DNA from: an uncultured Bacteroidota bacterium
GTDB taxonomy: Bacteria; Bacteroidota; Ignavibacteria; Ignavibacteriales; Ignavibacteriaceae
Length of the DNA: 64,000 nucleotides
NCBI GenBank assembly: GCA_963839165.1
Contig: CAWIUG010000005.1
Coordinates: 43,862 to 107,861, forward strand
Direction: 5' to 3'
Below are positions 28,778 to 38,461 of the stretch, piece by piece. Positions within the stretch are counted from its first letter, which is position 1. Every line of letters starts with the position of its first letter. The translations under genes and the position numbers were made by a program. Under the pieces are notes generated by a model. It searched no databases and was not told the DNA's origin. It saw nothing but the letters and a program-made list of their open reading frames with translations.

Positions 28778-29946
28778 AACCATCTAAAACATTCATCCCG
28801 GGGATTATCCCTGGGAAAGAGCTGTTGAACCTGCGCAAATCTATCCACTCTGAACCCGAATTAGCAGGAAACGAAGTCAATACCGCCGCTAAGATAGAAA
28901 AATTCATTTCCGCATACTCACCTGATGAAACTATAAAAGACATAGGCGGGAACGGTATGGCTTTTATCTTTAAGGGACAGAGTGAGAAACCAGTAGTTTT
29001 ATTCAGAGCTGAACTTGATGCCCTTCCTATAAATGAGATAAATAATTTTGAATATAGATCGAAGTATGCAGACAAAGGACACAAATGCGGACATGATGGA
29101 CATATGACTGTCCTTGCAGGACTCGCGGAACGGATCGACGCCAATAAAAATTTCAACGGAAGGGTCATCTTATTATTCCAGCCTGCGGAAGAAACCGGCG
29201 AAGGTGCCGAACTTGTATTAAATGATGAGAAATTCTCAAGGCTTAATCCCGATTATGTATTTGCTTTTCACAACCTTCCTGGTTTCAAGACAGGTGATGT
29301 GATTATCAGAGAGGGGAGCTTTGCGTCAGCTTCAAAAGGAATGATCATTAAACTCACAGGGAAGACTTCGCACGCTGCAGAACCGGAAAACGGTATAAAT
29401 CCTTCAATTGCAGTGGCTGAAATCATTAGGAAATATTCTAATCTAAAGAAGGATCTTGAAGGAAAAAAAGAGTTTGTTCTTGCAACTATTATCCATGTAC
29501 GGATAGGTGAGAGAGCATTCGGGACCTCACCGGGTTATGCCGAGTTGATGACAACCCTCAGGGCCTACAGGAATGATGATATGGAGCTTTTAATCGCCGA
29601 GGCTGAAAGGATTGCTAACTCTGTTGCGTTAGATCATCAACTGAAAATGGAAATAAGTTATACTGAAGAATTCCCGGCAACAATTAATAAAAGTGAATGC
29701 GTGGAACTTGTTAAAGAAGCGGCAGGGGTGAACGATTATTCAGTGAATCATATCAATGAACCTTTCGGGTGGTCGGAGGATTTTGGTCGTTTTACCGGAA
29801 AGTACAGAGGTGCACTGTTCGGTATTGGTTCGGGAGAGAACCATCCGCAGCTTCACAACCCTGATTATGATTTCCCGGATGAGATAATACCTGTGGGGAT
29901 AAATATGTTTTACAGCATTATGCAGAAAATATTAAACGGAAAATAA
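28774..29946 (+). CDS. M20D amidohydrolase (N-acyl-L-amino-acid amidohydrolase / aminoacylase family)
   Basis: LRKSIHSEPELAGNE, HKCGHDGH, FQPAEE, and a dimerisation lid domain. The TTG start overlaps the symporter stop (TTGA). Confidence 0.85.
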   Translation: MKPSKTFIPGIIPGKELLNLRKSIHSEPELAGNEVNTAAKIEKFISAYSPDETIKDIGGNGMAFIFKGQSEKPVVLFRAELDALPINEINNFEYRSKYADKGHKCGHDGHMTVLAGLAERIDANKNFNGRVILLFQPAEETGEGAELVLNDEKFSRLNPDYVFAFHNLPGFKTGDVIIREGSFASASKGMIIKLTGKTSHAAEPENGINPSIAVAEIIRKYSNLKKDLEGKKEFVLATIIHVRIGERAFGTSPGYAELMTTLRAYRNDDMELLIAEAERIANSVALDHQLKMEISYTEEFPATINKSECVELVKEAAGVNDYSVNHINEPFGWSEDFGRFTGKYRGALFGIGSGENHPQLHNPDYDFPDEIIPVGINMFYSIMQKILNGK

Positions 29947-29947
29947 A

Positions 29948-31099
29948 ATGTTTCATACTTCTGTTCTGGAGCTTAGTCAGTCTTCTTTGAATACAAATAT
30001 CTCTTTTCTCAGAAGATTGTTTGGTAAGAGGGTAAGAATATCGTCGGTAGTTAAGGGAAATGCATATGGTCATGGTATTGAAGTGTTCGTCCCCATGGCA
30101 GAGAAAGCAGGAATTGATCATTTTTCGGTCTTCAGTACGGAAGAAGCCTACCGTGTCAGTTCGACGATAACGAAAGATTCAGAAATTATGATAATGGGGA
30201 TGATCGATGATTCGGATATTGAGTGGGCGATAACAGAAGATATACAGTTCTGGGTGTTTGATCTTGCAAGACTCGAAAATGCTCTTAATACAGCCCTCCA
30301 AATCGATATCCCTGCCAGGATCCATATCGAGCTGGAAACTGGTTTTAACCGCACGGGGTTCCAGGAAAAGGATTTCGGACTACTTGTTAAACTCTTGAAG
30401 AGGTATGAAGGGCATTATGTTGTTGAAGGGATGTGCACGCATTATGCTGGAGCGGAAAGTATTGCTAATTATTACAGGATCAATCAGCAGATAAAAAGAT
30501 TTAACAACTTCTATAAATGGTTTAAGGAGCAGGGAATTCATCCTCAGGTAAGACACACAGCCTGCAGTGCAGCCGCGGTTTCATATCCCCAGACCAGGAT
30601 GGAGATGGTGAGAATTGGTATCCTTCAATATGGTTTCTGGCCTAGCAGGGAAACGCTGATCTCTTACCTGGGCAAGCAGGAACAGAAAATTGATCCTCTT
30701 GAGAGAATTATATCCTGGAAGAGTAAAATAATGCATGTTAAGCAAATCTCTACAGGGGAATTTGTCGGTTATGGAACTTCATTCCTGGCTCAGCGTGATA
30801 TGAAGATCGGGATCGTGCCGGTTGGTTATTCACAGGGGTTCAGCCGTTCTATGAGCAATCACGGTCGGGCACTTGTAAACGGTTACAGAGTTGCCGTGAT
30901 CGGTATCGTGAATATGAACCATCTAATCATTGATGTTACGGATGTTCCCGGTGTTGAGAGGAATGATGAAGTCGTACTTATAGGATGCCAGGGCGATCTT
31001 TCAATTTCAGTCTCATCTTTCAGTGAGTTAAGCGATCAGCTGAACTACGAGTCCCTCAGCCGCCTCCCCCGCAACATTCCCCGCTATGTCATCGCCTGA
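29948..31099 (+). CDS. alr: Alanine racemase
   Basis: PLP-lysine motif VVKGNAYGHG, and catalytic Tyr context GYGT in VGYGTSF. 383 aa. Confidence 0.9.
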   Translation: MFHTSVLELSQSSLNTNISFLRRLFGKRVRISSVVKGNAYGHGIEVFVPMAEKAGIDHFSVFSTEEAYRVSSTITKDSEIMIMGMIDDSDIEWAITEDIQFWVFDLARLENALNTALQIDIPARIHIELETGFNRTGFQEKDFGLLVKLLKRYEGHYVVEGMCTHYAGAESIANYYRINQQIKRFNNFYKWFKEQGIHPQVRHTACSAAAVSYPQTRMEMVRIGILQYGFWPSRETLISYLGKQEQKIDPLERIISWKSKIMHVKQISTGEFVGYGTSFLAQRDMKIGIVPVGYSQGFSRSMSNHGRALVNGYRVAVIGIVNMNHLIIDVTDVPGVERNDEVVLIGCQGDLSISVSSFSELSDQLNYESLSRLPRNIPRYVIA

Positions 31100-31262
31100 G
31101 TTTGATCCTTATACTGAAGTATCATCAATTTCACCCATGTATTCTATTTTATTTCAGGAAAATGAGTTATCTTATTTCACATGATTCCCGGATCACTTTC
31201 TACTAAAGGAATGTTTAATAAATTTCAGTACGAGCTATAAAAAACTATGTAGGAGAGACTGG

Positions 31263-32798
31263 ATGATTAAAAGATACTTTTTAGTTCTATTTGGTATTTT
31301 ATTCAATTTATCCATCGTTAATGCCCAGACAGGATGGTTTTCGCTTAGTTCCGGTACAACAAACAGTCTGAACGGCGTCGCTTTTTTCTCTACTGATTAC
31401 ATTATAGCGATTGGCGATGCTGGAACTATACTCAGAACAACTGACGGAGGCAACAACTGGGAGAGCATTTCTTCAGGTACTTCCGAAAGACTTAACAGCA
31501 TTAGTGTTATAAATAACAGCACTGCCGTTATTGCTGGTGATGCCGGTACCATTCTACGGACAACCGACGTCGGCTCTTCATGGGTAAACGTTACTTCCAG
31601 TGTGAGTGACAACCTTTTGTCTGTTTCATTTAACGGTGCGGACGGTATTGCCGGCGGTACCTCCCAAACGATCTTATACTCAACTGATGAAGGTGCGAGC
31701 TGGATAACTTCACAAACTGGTTTCTTCGGAGGTGGATTCTGGGGAGTTCAGATGCTTGATACCGGTAATGCTTATGTCGCTGGTGAGAACTCTATATTTC
31801 AGCCAATGTTTGGATGGTCAACTGACGGCGGTCAGAATTGGGATTACACCGCATTTTATCTTAGCAGCAACGAAGGAAGATTGTATGGTGTTCACTTCTT
31901 TGATGCTGATAACGGTGTTGCTGCTGCTTCTGTCTGGACAGGAGAAGGTGCAATTGCTGTAACTTCCGACGGAGGAGCAAACTGGAATACACTGCCTTTC
32001 TTTAATGACGCTCTTTATTCTCTTAGCTTTCCGGCGGGTCAAATGGGTATCGGCTATGCTGCAGGTGCAGCTGGACTAATCATTAAAACATCTGATGGCG
32101 GTGGTAGTTGGTCCAGCCAGCCAAGCGGTACATCAGTAATTTTGTTTGGAATTACTTTTGCTGATGCACTTACAGGTTACGCTGTGGGAGAGAATGGAAC
32201 TATTCTGAAAACTGTTTCCGGGGGTGTTATTCCTGTTGAGCTTACTTCGTTCAGGGCAGAACTTGAGGAAAGGGAAGTAAGACTTTCCTGGCAGACGGCA
32301 ACTGAGACTAATAACAGTGGATTTTTTGTGCAGAGAAAAGTCGGTAACAACTGGGAGAACCTGGATTTTGTTCAGGGATACGGAACTACGTCCGAGACTC
32401 ACAGTTACGATTTTATCGACAATCTATCGGATTTGAATTACCGTGGTGAAGTTTATTATAGACTTAAACAGGTTGATTATGATGGCGCATCCGATTATTC
32501 GTCAACCGTGGAAGTTACATATGATCCAAAACCTAATGATTTTGTTCTCGATCAGAATTATCCTAATCCATTTAATCCTGTGACTTCAATAAAGTATTCT
32601 CTTCCCGAAGGAGCAAAAGTAAAGTTGACGATTTATGATCTTCTTGGAAACCAGGTACAGACGCTTGTTGATGAATATAAAGCTGCCGGAACATACTCAG
32701 TAAAATTCAACGGCGCTGAACTGACCAGCGGCATTTATATATATCGTCTCCAGGCAGGAGAGTTTGTATCAACTAAAAGAATGGCACTAATTAAGTAA
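31263..32798 (+). CDS. Secreted BNR/Asp-box beta-propeller protein (Ycf48-like) with T9SS C-terminal sorting domain
   Basis: Signal peptide and six S/T-x-D-x-G-x-x-W repeats (TTDGGNNW, TTDVGSSW, STDEGASW, STDGGQNW, TSDGGANW, TSDGGGSW). The C-terminal ~80 aa are QNYPNPFNP...GIYIYRLQAGEFVSTKRMALIK. Confidence 0.85.
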   Translation: MIKRYFLVLFGILFNLSIVNAQTGWFSLSSGTTNSLNGVAFFSTDYIIAIGDAGTILRTTDGGNNWESISSGTSERLNSISVINNSTAVIAGDAGTILRTTDVGSSWVNVTSSVSDNLLSVSFNGADGIAGGTSQTILYSTDEGASWITSQTGFFGGGFWGVQMLDTGNAYVAGENSIFQPMFGWSTDGGQNWDYTAFYLSSNEGRLYGVHFFDADNGVAAASVWTGEGAIAVTSDGGANWNTLPFFNDALYSLSFPAGQMGIGYAAGAAGLIIKTSDGGGSWSSQPSGTSVILFGITFADALTGYAVGENGTILKTVSGGVIPVELTSFRAELEEREVRLSWQTATETNNSGFFVQRKVGNNWENLDFVQGYGTTSETHSYDFIDNLSDLNYRGEVYYRLKQVDYDGASDYSSTVEVTYDPKPNDFVLDQNYPNPFNPVTSIKYSLPEGAKVKLTIYDLLGNQVQTLVDEYKAAGTYSVKFNGAELTSGIYIYRLQAGEFVSTKRMALIK

Positions 32799-32826
32799 GT
32801 ATGACTTAACCAATCTGCTTTACCTG

Positions 32827-32858
32827 AACCCCGGGATTTTCGTTCCGGGGTTTTTTTT
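32827..32858 (+). terminator. Rho-independent terminator
   Basis: AACCCCGG / CCGGGGTT stem, 10-nt loop, T8. Confidence 0.8.
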
Positions 32859-32901
32859 GCTCATTCGGATTATGGTAACTCAGGGCTATACGCCGTATTC
32901 T

Positions 32902-32956
32902 ACGTTTTCAGAACGTTATCAGAACGTTTTCAGAACGTTTTCAGAACGTTTTCATA
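32902..32956. repeat. Tandem repeat, 11-bp unit ACGTTTTCAGA x5
   Basis: Units are at 32902, 32913 (one T>A), 32924, 32935 and 32946 (last unit ends CATA). Each unit junction recreates GAACGTT, which contains the palindrome AACGTT. Confidence 0.95.
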
Positions 32957-33162
32957 TACCTTTTACACCGTACCTATTCTGCTGTGGTTTTCAGTTTTCA
33001 TTTATTGGATTCAGGAGAAGAAGCAATTTAAAACTTAATGTGCCCCTCAACCCCTGAAAACTTGCAATATTCCCTAATTATATTATTTATAATGAATTAC
33101 ATCACCCTTAGAAACCATAATATTTGCAAAATTATATTCATTAATAACAGACTTATCATTCT

Positions 33163-36100
33163 ATGGCAATTATTAAAAATCATGATGATCCCCTGTGGTA
33201 TAAAGACGGAATAATTTACCAGGTTCACATTAAATCATATAAAGACAGTAATAATGACGGGATAGGAGATATTAAGGGAGTAACAGAAAAACTCGATTAT
33301 ATCCAATCGCTTGGGATAAATATTCTCTGGGTTCTTCCATTTTATCCTTCTCCTATGAAAGATGACGGATATGATATTTCAGATTACTTTAATATAAATC
33401 CTGATTACGGAACACTTGAAGATTTCAGAGAATTTTTAGATGAGGCACACAAAAGAAAATTAAGAGTAGTTACTGAGTTAGTCATGAATCATACATCCGA
33501 TCAGCATGAATGGTTTAAGCGGGCAAGAAAAAGTCCTCCCGGAAGTTCCGAAAGAAATTTTTATGTTTGGAGCGATACCGGTGAGGAATACGCAGATGCA
33601 AGGATTAATTTTCGGCGATTTTGAAACATCAAACTGGACGTGGGATGCTGTTGCAAGAGCATACTACTGGCACCGCTTTTACTCGCATCAACCCGATCTT
33701 AATTTTGATAATCCTGAAGTTCACAAAGCAATCTTCAAAGCGGTTGACTTCTGGTTTGAGATGGGTGTAGACGGTATGCGGCTGGATGCAGTTCCTTATC
33801 TATACGAAAGGGAGGGAACAAATTGCGAGAATCTTCCGGAGACTCATGAATTCTTAAAAAACTGAACTCACATATCAAAAGAAATTTAAGAATAAAATGT
33901 TTCTCGCAGAGGCGAATCAATGGCCTGAAGATGCCGTTGCATATTTTGGAAACGGTGATGAATGCCAGATGGCTTTTCATTTTCCTTTAATGCCGAGAAT
34001 GTATATGGCTGTTCAGATGGAAACAAGATACCCTATCATCGATATCCTTGAGCAGACTCCCAGAATTCCTGCTAAACTGCCAATGGGCAATGTTCCTCCG
34101 CAACCACGATGAACTTACACTTGAAATGGTAACAGATGAGGAACGTGATTATATGTACGTTATTATGCTAAAGATAGAGGACGCACGGTTAAACCTGGGA
34201 ATCAGAAGAAGGCTTGCCCCGCTTGTTGAAAACAACAGGCGAAAAATTGAGCTGCTTAAATATTCTTTTTTTTTCGTTCCCGGGAACTCCGATCATTTAT
34301 TACGGTGATGAAATTGGAATGGGAGATAATTATTATCTGGGTGATCGGAATGGTGTACGAACTCCGATGCAATGGAGCCCGGACCGCAATGCCGGATTTT
34401 CCCGTATAAATCCGCAGAAATTATTTTTGCCTGTAATAATTGATCCTGAATATAATTTTGAAAGCTGTAAATGTTGAGGTTCGATCGAGAAATTCTTCAT
34501 CTCTTTTGTGGTGGATGAAGCGCGCAATTTCGGTAAGAAAGAATCATAAGAGCTTTCGGAAGAGGAACAATAGAATTTCTTTACCCTGCAAATTCAAAAG
34601 TACTCGCCTTTCTTCAGAAATTATGAAGATGAAACAATTCTGGTGGTAGCAAATCTTTCAAGATTTTCAGCCAGGTAGTTGAACTTGATCTTTCTGAATA
34701 TATCGGAACGTATCCCGGTTGAAATTTTCAGCAGAAATAAGTTTCCACTGGTAAAGGATAATTATTATATGCTAACAATGAACGCATATGATTATTACTG
34801 GTTCCAGCTTGTGCCTGCAGCGGAATCCCAGTTAAGCGCTGATCTTTATGAGCCGCCGGAATTAGAACCTCTGGCTGGTGAATTTACTTTCTTTGGGTAT
34901 GATGATGAGAGCATTCTTAATACTGTGGCAATTCCTGATTTCATTAAAAAGAACCAGTGGATAGATACGGTTGATAAAGAGATTGATTCTATTGATGTCT
35001 ATGATGAAATACCGCTTTCTCAGGGGAATGAATACCAATCGCTTGTGCTGCTTGAAGTGAGCTATGTTGATGAAACCACTCAGGGATTAACATTCCCTGC
35101 TCCACAGTCTTTTTAAGTAGGGAGCAGCTGAAAGATTCAGAGAGCCTCAGCTCTGTTATAGCTTACCTCGATAAGCAGGGTAAGGTGGTTTGTGAAAGTA
35201 TAAACGATACTTCCTTCAGGGATTCACTGATTTCCGCGGTACTTGCGTCCGGCAAAGTCAAAGGAAAACGAGGCGACCTGATAATTGAAAAGGAAAAAGG
35301 TTTTGATGAGGTGATGGAGCAGGATCTTGATCTGAAAATTTCGGACACTGATGATTCAAATAAGAAGTTCATCGACCTTGTATATGGTGGGGGGATCAAG
35401 GTACGTCTCTACCGGAGATTGGAGGAAGCTGGTCATCCGGGTATTGAAATGTTCAGGGCACTTTCACGTCATTCGTCTTTTACAAATATTCCCAAATTCC
35501 TCGGATCGATAAATTATAAAACATCTGAGGGCAGCCATTATATGTTTGGTTTCATAGAAAAAGAAACTTCCAATGAAGGAAATTTCTGGAAGTATATGAC
35601 TGATGCTTCAATCAACCATTATGAAAAAAGGATTCATCTGGAAAAAGCATCCATTACAGATTTCAGTATAGAAAGCAGCAGTCTGCTTACCGAAAACCTG
35701 AAAGATTTCGATTTCATGAATAGCTGCGAGGAGCTCGATATCCTGAATCTTGACCTTATGGGACTCCTTGGCAAAAGAACCGGCGAACTACATTCAGCAC
35801 TTTCCACCCTTCCGGAGGAGGATTTCCAGCCGGAAAATTTTAACTCCTTCTACCAGAGATCGATTTATCAGTCGAACCGGTCGCTTGCCCGGAACACCTT
35901 CAGACTTATGAAAAGCTATACCGGAAAAGAAAAAGAGAGCATGGAAGAAATAATCGATAGAGAGCAGCTGATTATCGATTATCTTAAACCGCTTCTCGAA
36001 GAAAGATTTAATGCAAAGAAAATCCGCATCCATGGCGACTCTTAATTTTAAAAAGGATTTTGCTTACAGGAAGGGATTTTCTGTTTATCAATTTTGAAGG

Positions 36101-36485
36101 TCAGCCGGCAATAGCCTCAAGTGCAAAACGATTAAAAAGATCTCCTTTCAGAGATATAGCAGGAATAATCGGCTCTGTTTATTTTGCCGCTCATACATCT
36201 TTGCAGAAATTCGGTCACTTGCTGTCGGAAGATGTAACAGTCTATAATCCTTTTGCAAACCGCTGGTGGTTTTGCATGAGCAACAAGTTTCTGCGTGGAT
36301 ACCTGGATGCGGCAGGTGAAAGCAACTTCTTTCCGTCAGATGAGAAGCAGGTAAATTTTCTTGTCAATGTTTATATAATAGAAAAAATGCTGACCGAAAT
36401 TGACAAGGGTATTACCCGCAATGCAAACTGGTTGAAGATCCCGGTTGAAGGTTTAAGAATCGTATCTAATCTTCTTATGAGATAA
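33163..36485 (+). pseudogene. treS: Trehalose synthase-maltokinase fusion (TreS-Mak/Pep2), disrupted by about 13 single-nucleotide frameshifts
   Basis: Nine consecutive ORF fragments in rotating frames concatenate into a colinear ~1105-aa TreS-Mak. They run from PLWYKDGIIYQVH, through [59 protein letters not shown] and SSLLWWMKR, to IRIHGD and FINFEGQP. Confidence 0.85.
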
Positions 36486-36600
36486 CCGCCCTCGTATAAA
36501 ATATCTGCATTGTGTTACTGATTACAGCAGGTTTAGTAATAAAAATAAAAATTATGAATGTGACTGATAGTATAAACTAACTAACCCTATCCTCATATAA

Positions 36601-36613
36601 TTGCATAATGCAA
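36601..36613. promoter_or_regulatory. Perfect palindrome TTGCAT-A-ATGCAA upstream of treZ (possible operator)
   Basis: 13-bp inverted repeat ending 21 nt before the treZ ATG. Confidence 0.25.
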
Positions 36614-36634
36614 ATGAAAAAATCAAAGGGATAG

Positions 36635-38461
36635 ATGAAAAAATTAGGTGCAGTTTATACTTCTGATGAATGTGAATTTATAGTCTGGTCTCCGGTTTCC
36701 AAAGCAATTGATTTATATTTAAGCGATGAGGATAAAAAGATACGCATGAAGAAAGATAGTGAGGATTACTGGAAGGTTTCGGTAAAAGATATCAAACCGG
36801 GAAGAAATTATTTCTATCTCCTCAACGGCAACCGGCGCGGAGACCCCGCCTCAAACTTTCAACCGGAAGGAATAAGTGGTCCTTCACAGATCATAGATCA
36901 TTCGTCTTTTGGGTGGCAGGATCAGGACTTTAATCCCGTACACCTGAAAGATTATATAATTTATGAATTCCATACAGGAACTTTTACACCGGAGGGTACT
37001 TTTGAAGCCGCAGCAGAAAAACTCGATTACTTAAAAGAACTAGGGATCACTGCCATTGAGATTATGCCGGTCGCACAATTTCCTGGTGAGCGTAATTGGG
37101 GGTACGACGGTGTATATCCATTTGCTCCCCAGAACAGTTACGGCGGTCCCGATGGATTAAAGATACTGGTTAATGAGGCTCATAAGAGAGGAATATCGGT
37201 AATCCTCGATGTAGTTTACAATCACCTGGGTCCGGAAGGAAATTATCTCCATGAATTTGGTCCGTATTTTACCGATAAATATAGATCTCTCTGGGGTAAT
37301 TCGATAAACTTTGATCAGGAGTATTCCGATCATGTCAGAAACTACTTTATCTACAATACTATTTACTGGCTGTCAAATTACCACATAGATGCCCTGCGGC
37401 TCGATGCTGTGCACGCGATAAACGATTTAAGTGCGTATCCTTTCCTCACCGAGCTTTCTGCTGAAGTTGAACAGTATTCTGAAACCAGCGGGAAGAAACA
37501 TTACCTTATCGCTGAAAGCGACCTGAATGATGTTAAGGTAATCAGGCCTCGTGATGAGTACGGTTTTGGCTGCAACGCTCAATGGAGCGATGATTTTCAC
37601 CACGCAATGCACACGATGCTCACACAGGAATCTGATGGATATTATAGTGATTTCGGAGGTTCCGAAAAGCTGGCCGGTGCAATCAAAAATAATTTTGTTT
37701 ATAACGGCCAGTATTCACCTTACAGGAAGCGGAAACACGGTAATTCCCCTGCTGCGTTTCCTTTTGATAAGTTTGTGCAGTTTATTCAGAATCACGACCA
37801 GGTTGGCAACCGGGCATTCGGTGAAAGACTCTCAGAATTGGTCCCCTTCGAAGGTCTGAAACTCGCTGCCGCGACGTTAATCCTTTCTCCCTCACTTCCA
37901 ATGCTGTTTATGGGTGAGGAATTTGGAGAGGATAATCCTTTTTTATATTTCGTCAGTTTCCTGGATGAAAATCTGAATCAGGCTGTTAAAGAAGGCAGGA
38001 ATAAGGAATTTTCTTCATTTAATTGGGATGGCGATATTCCGGATCCTCATGCAGAAACTACATTCAATAAGTCAAAGCTTGATTGGAATAAGATTAAAAA
38101 TAATAGCCATAAAACCCTCCTGGCTTTCTATAAGGACATAATTAAAAAAAGAAAAACTATTCCTGCACTGGCTAATTATGATAGAAGAGATACGTTTACA
38201 AAATCTTTTGAAGAACTGAGACTTGTAACTATGGAACGACAAAAAAACAGCGGCAGGCTCTTCGCTGTGATGCACTTTAACGAAAAGAAAATAACAACAG
38301 AGTTCCGTTTTCCCTCCGGAGTCTGGAAAAAGATCCTTGATTCATCTGATAAAAAGTGGAACGGACCCGGAAGTACAATGCCCGATATGGCTGACGATAC
38401 TTTGCACGAAATAACTATAAATGAATATGATTTTTGTCTTTATGAATCGGAGCTTGGCTGA
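36635..38461 (+). CDS. treZ: Malto-oligosyltrehalose trehalohydrolase (GH13)
   Basis: N-terminal CBM48-like domain and GH13 regions DVVYNH, GYHIDALRLDAVHAI, AESDLND, FIQNHDQVGNR. Confidence 0.9.
   Translation: MKKLGAVYTSDECEFIVWSPVSKAIDLYLSDEDKKIRMKKDSEDYWKVSVKDIKPGRNYFYLLNGNRRGDPASNFQPEGISGPSQIIDHSSFGWQDQDFNPVHLKDYIIYEFHTGTFTPEGTFEAAAEKLDYLKELGITAIEIMPVAQFPGERNWGYDGVYPFAPQNSYGGPDGLKILVNEAHKRGISVILDVVYNHLGPEGNYLHEFGPYFTDKYRSLWGNSINFDQEYSDHVRNYFIYNTIYWLSNYHIDALRLDAVHAINDLSAYPFLTELSAEVEQYSETSGKKHYLIAESDLNDVKVIRPRDEYGFGCNAQWSDDFHHAMHTMLTQESDGYYSDFGGSEKLAGAIKNNFVYNGQYSPYRKRKHGNSPAAFPFDKFVQFIQNHDQVGNRAFGERLSELVPFEGLKLAAATLILSPSLPMLFMGEEFGEDNPFLYFVSFLDENLNQAVKEGRNKEFSSFNWDGDIPDPHAETTFNKSKLDWNKIKNNSHKTLLAFYKDIIKKRKTIPALANYDRRDTFTKSFEELRLVTMERQKNSGRLFAVMHFNEKKITTEFRFPSGVWKKILDSSDKKWNGPGSTMPDMADDTLHEITINEYDFCLYESELG

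Noticed and set aside
32902-32956. Possibility that the tandem repeat is a miniature CRISPR array.
   Set aside because: The units are contiguous, with no spacers. They are only 11 bp long and there are no cas genes in the window.
32857-33057. 66-aa ORF spanning the 11-bp tandem repeat.
   Set aside because: Its peptide (..STFSERYQNVFRTFSERFH..) is just the repeat read in frame. It starts inside the upstream terminator T-run and has no SD. It is better explained as non-coding repeat DNA.
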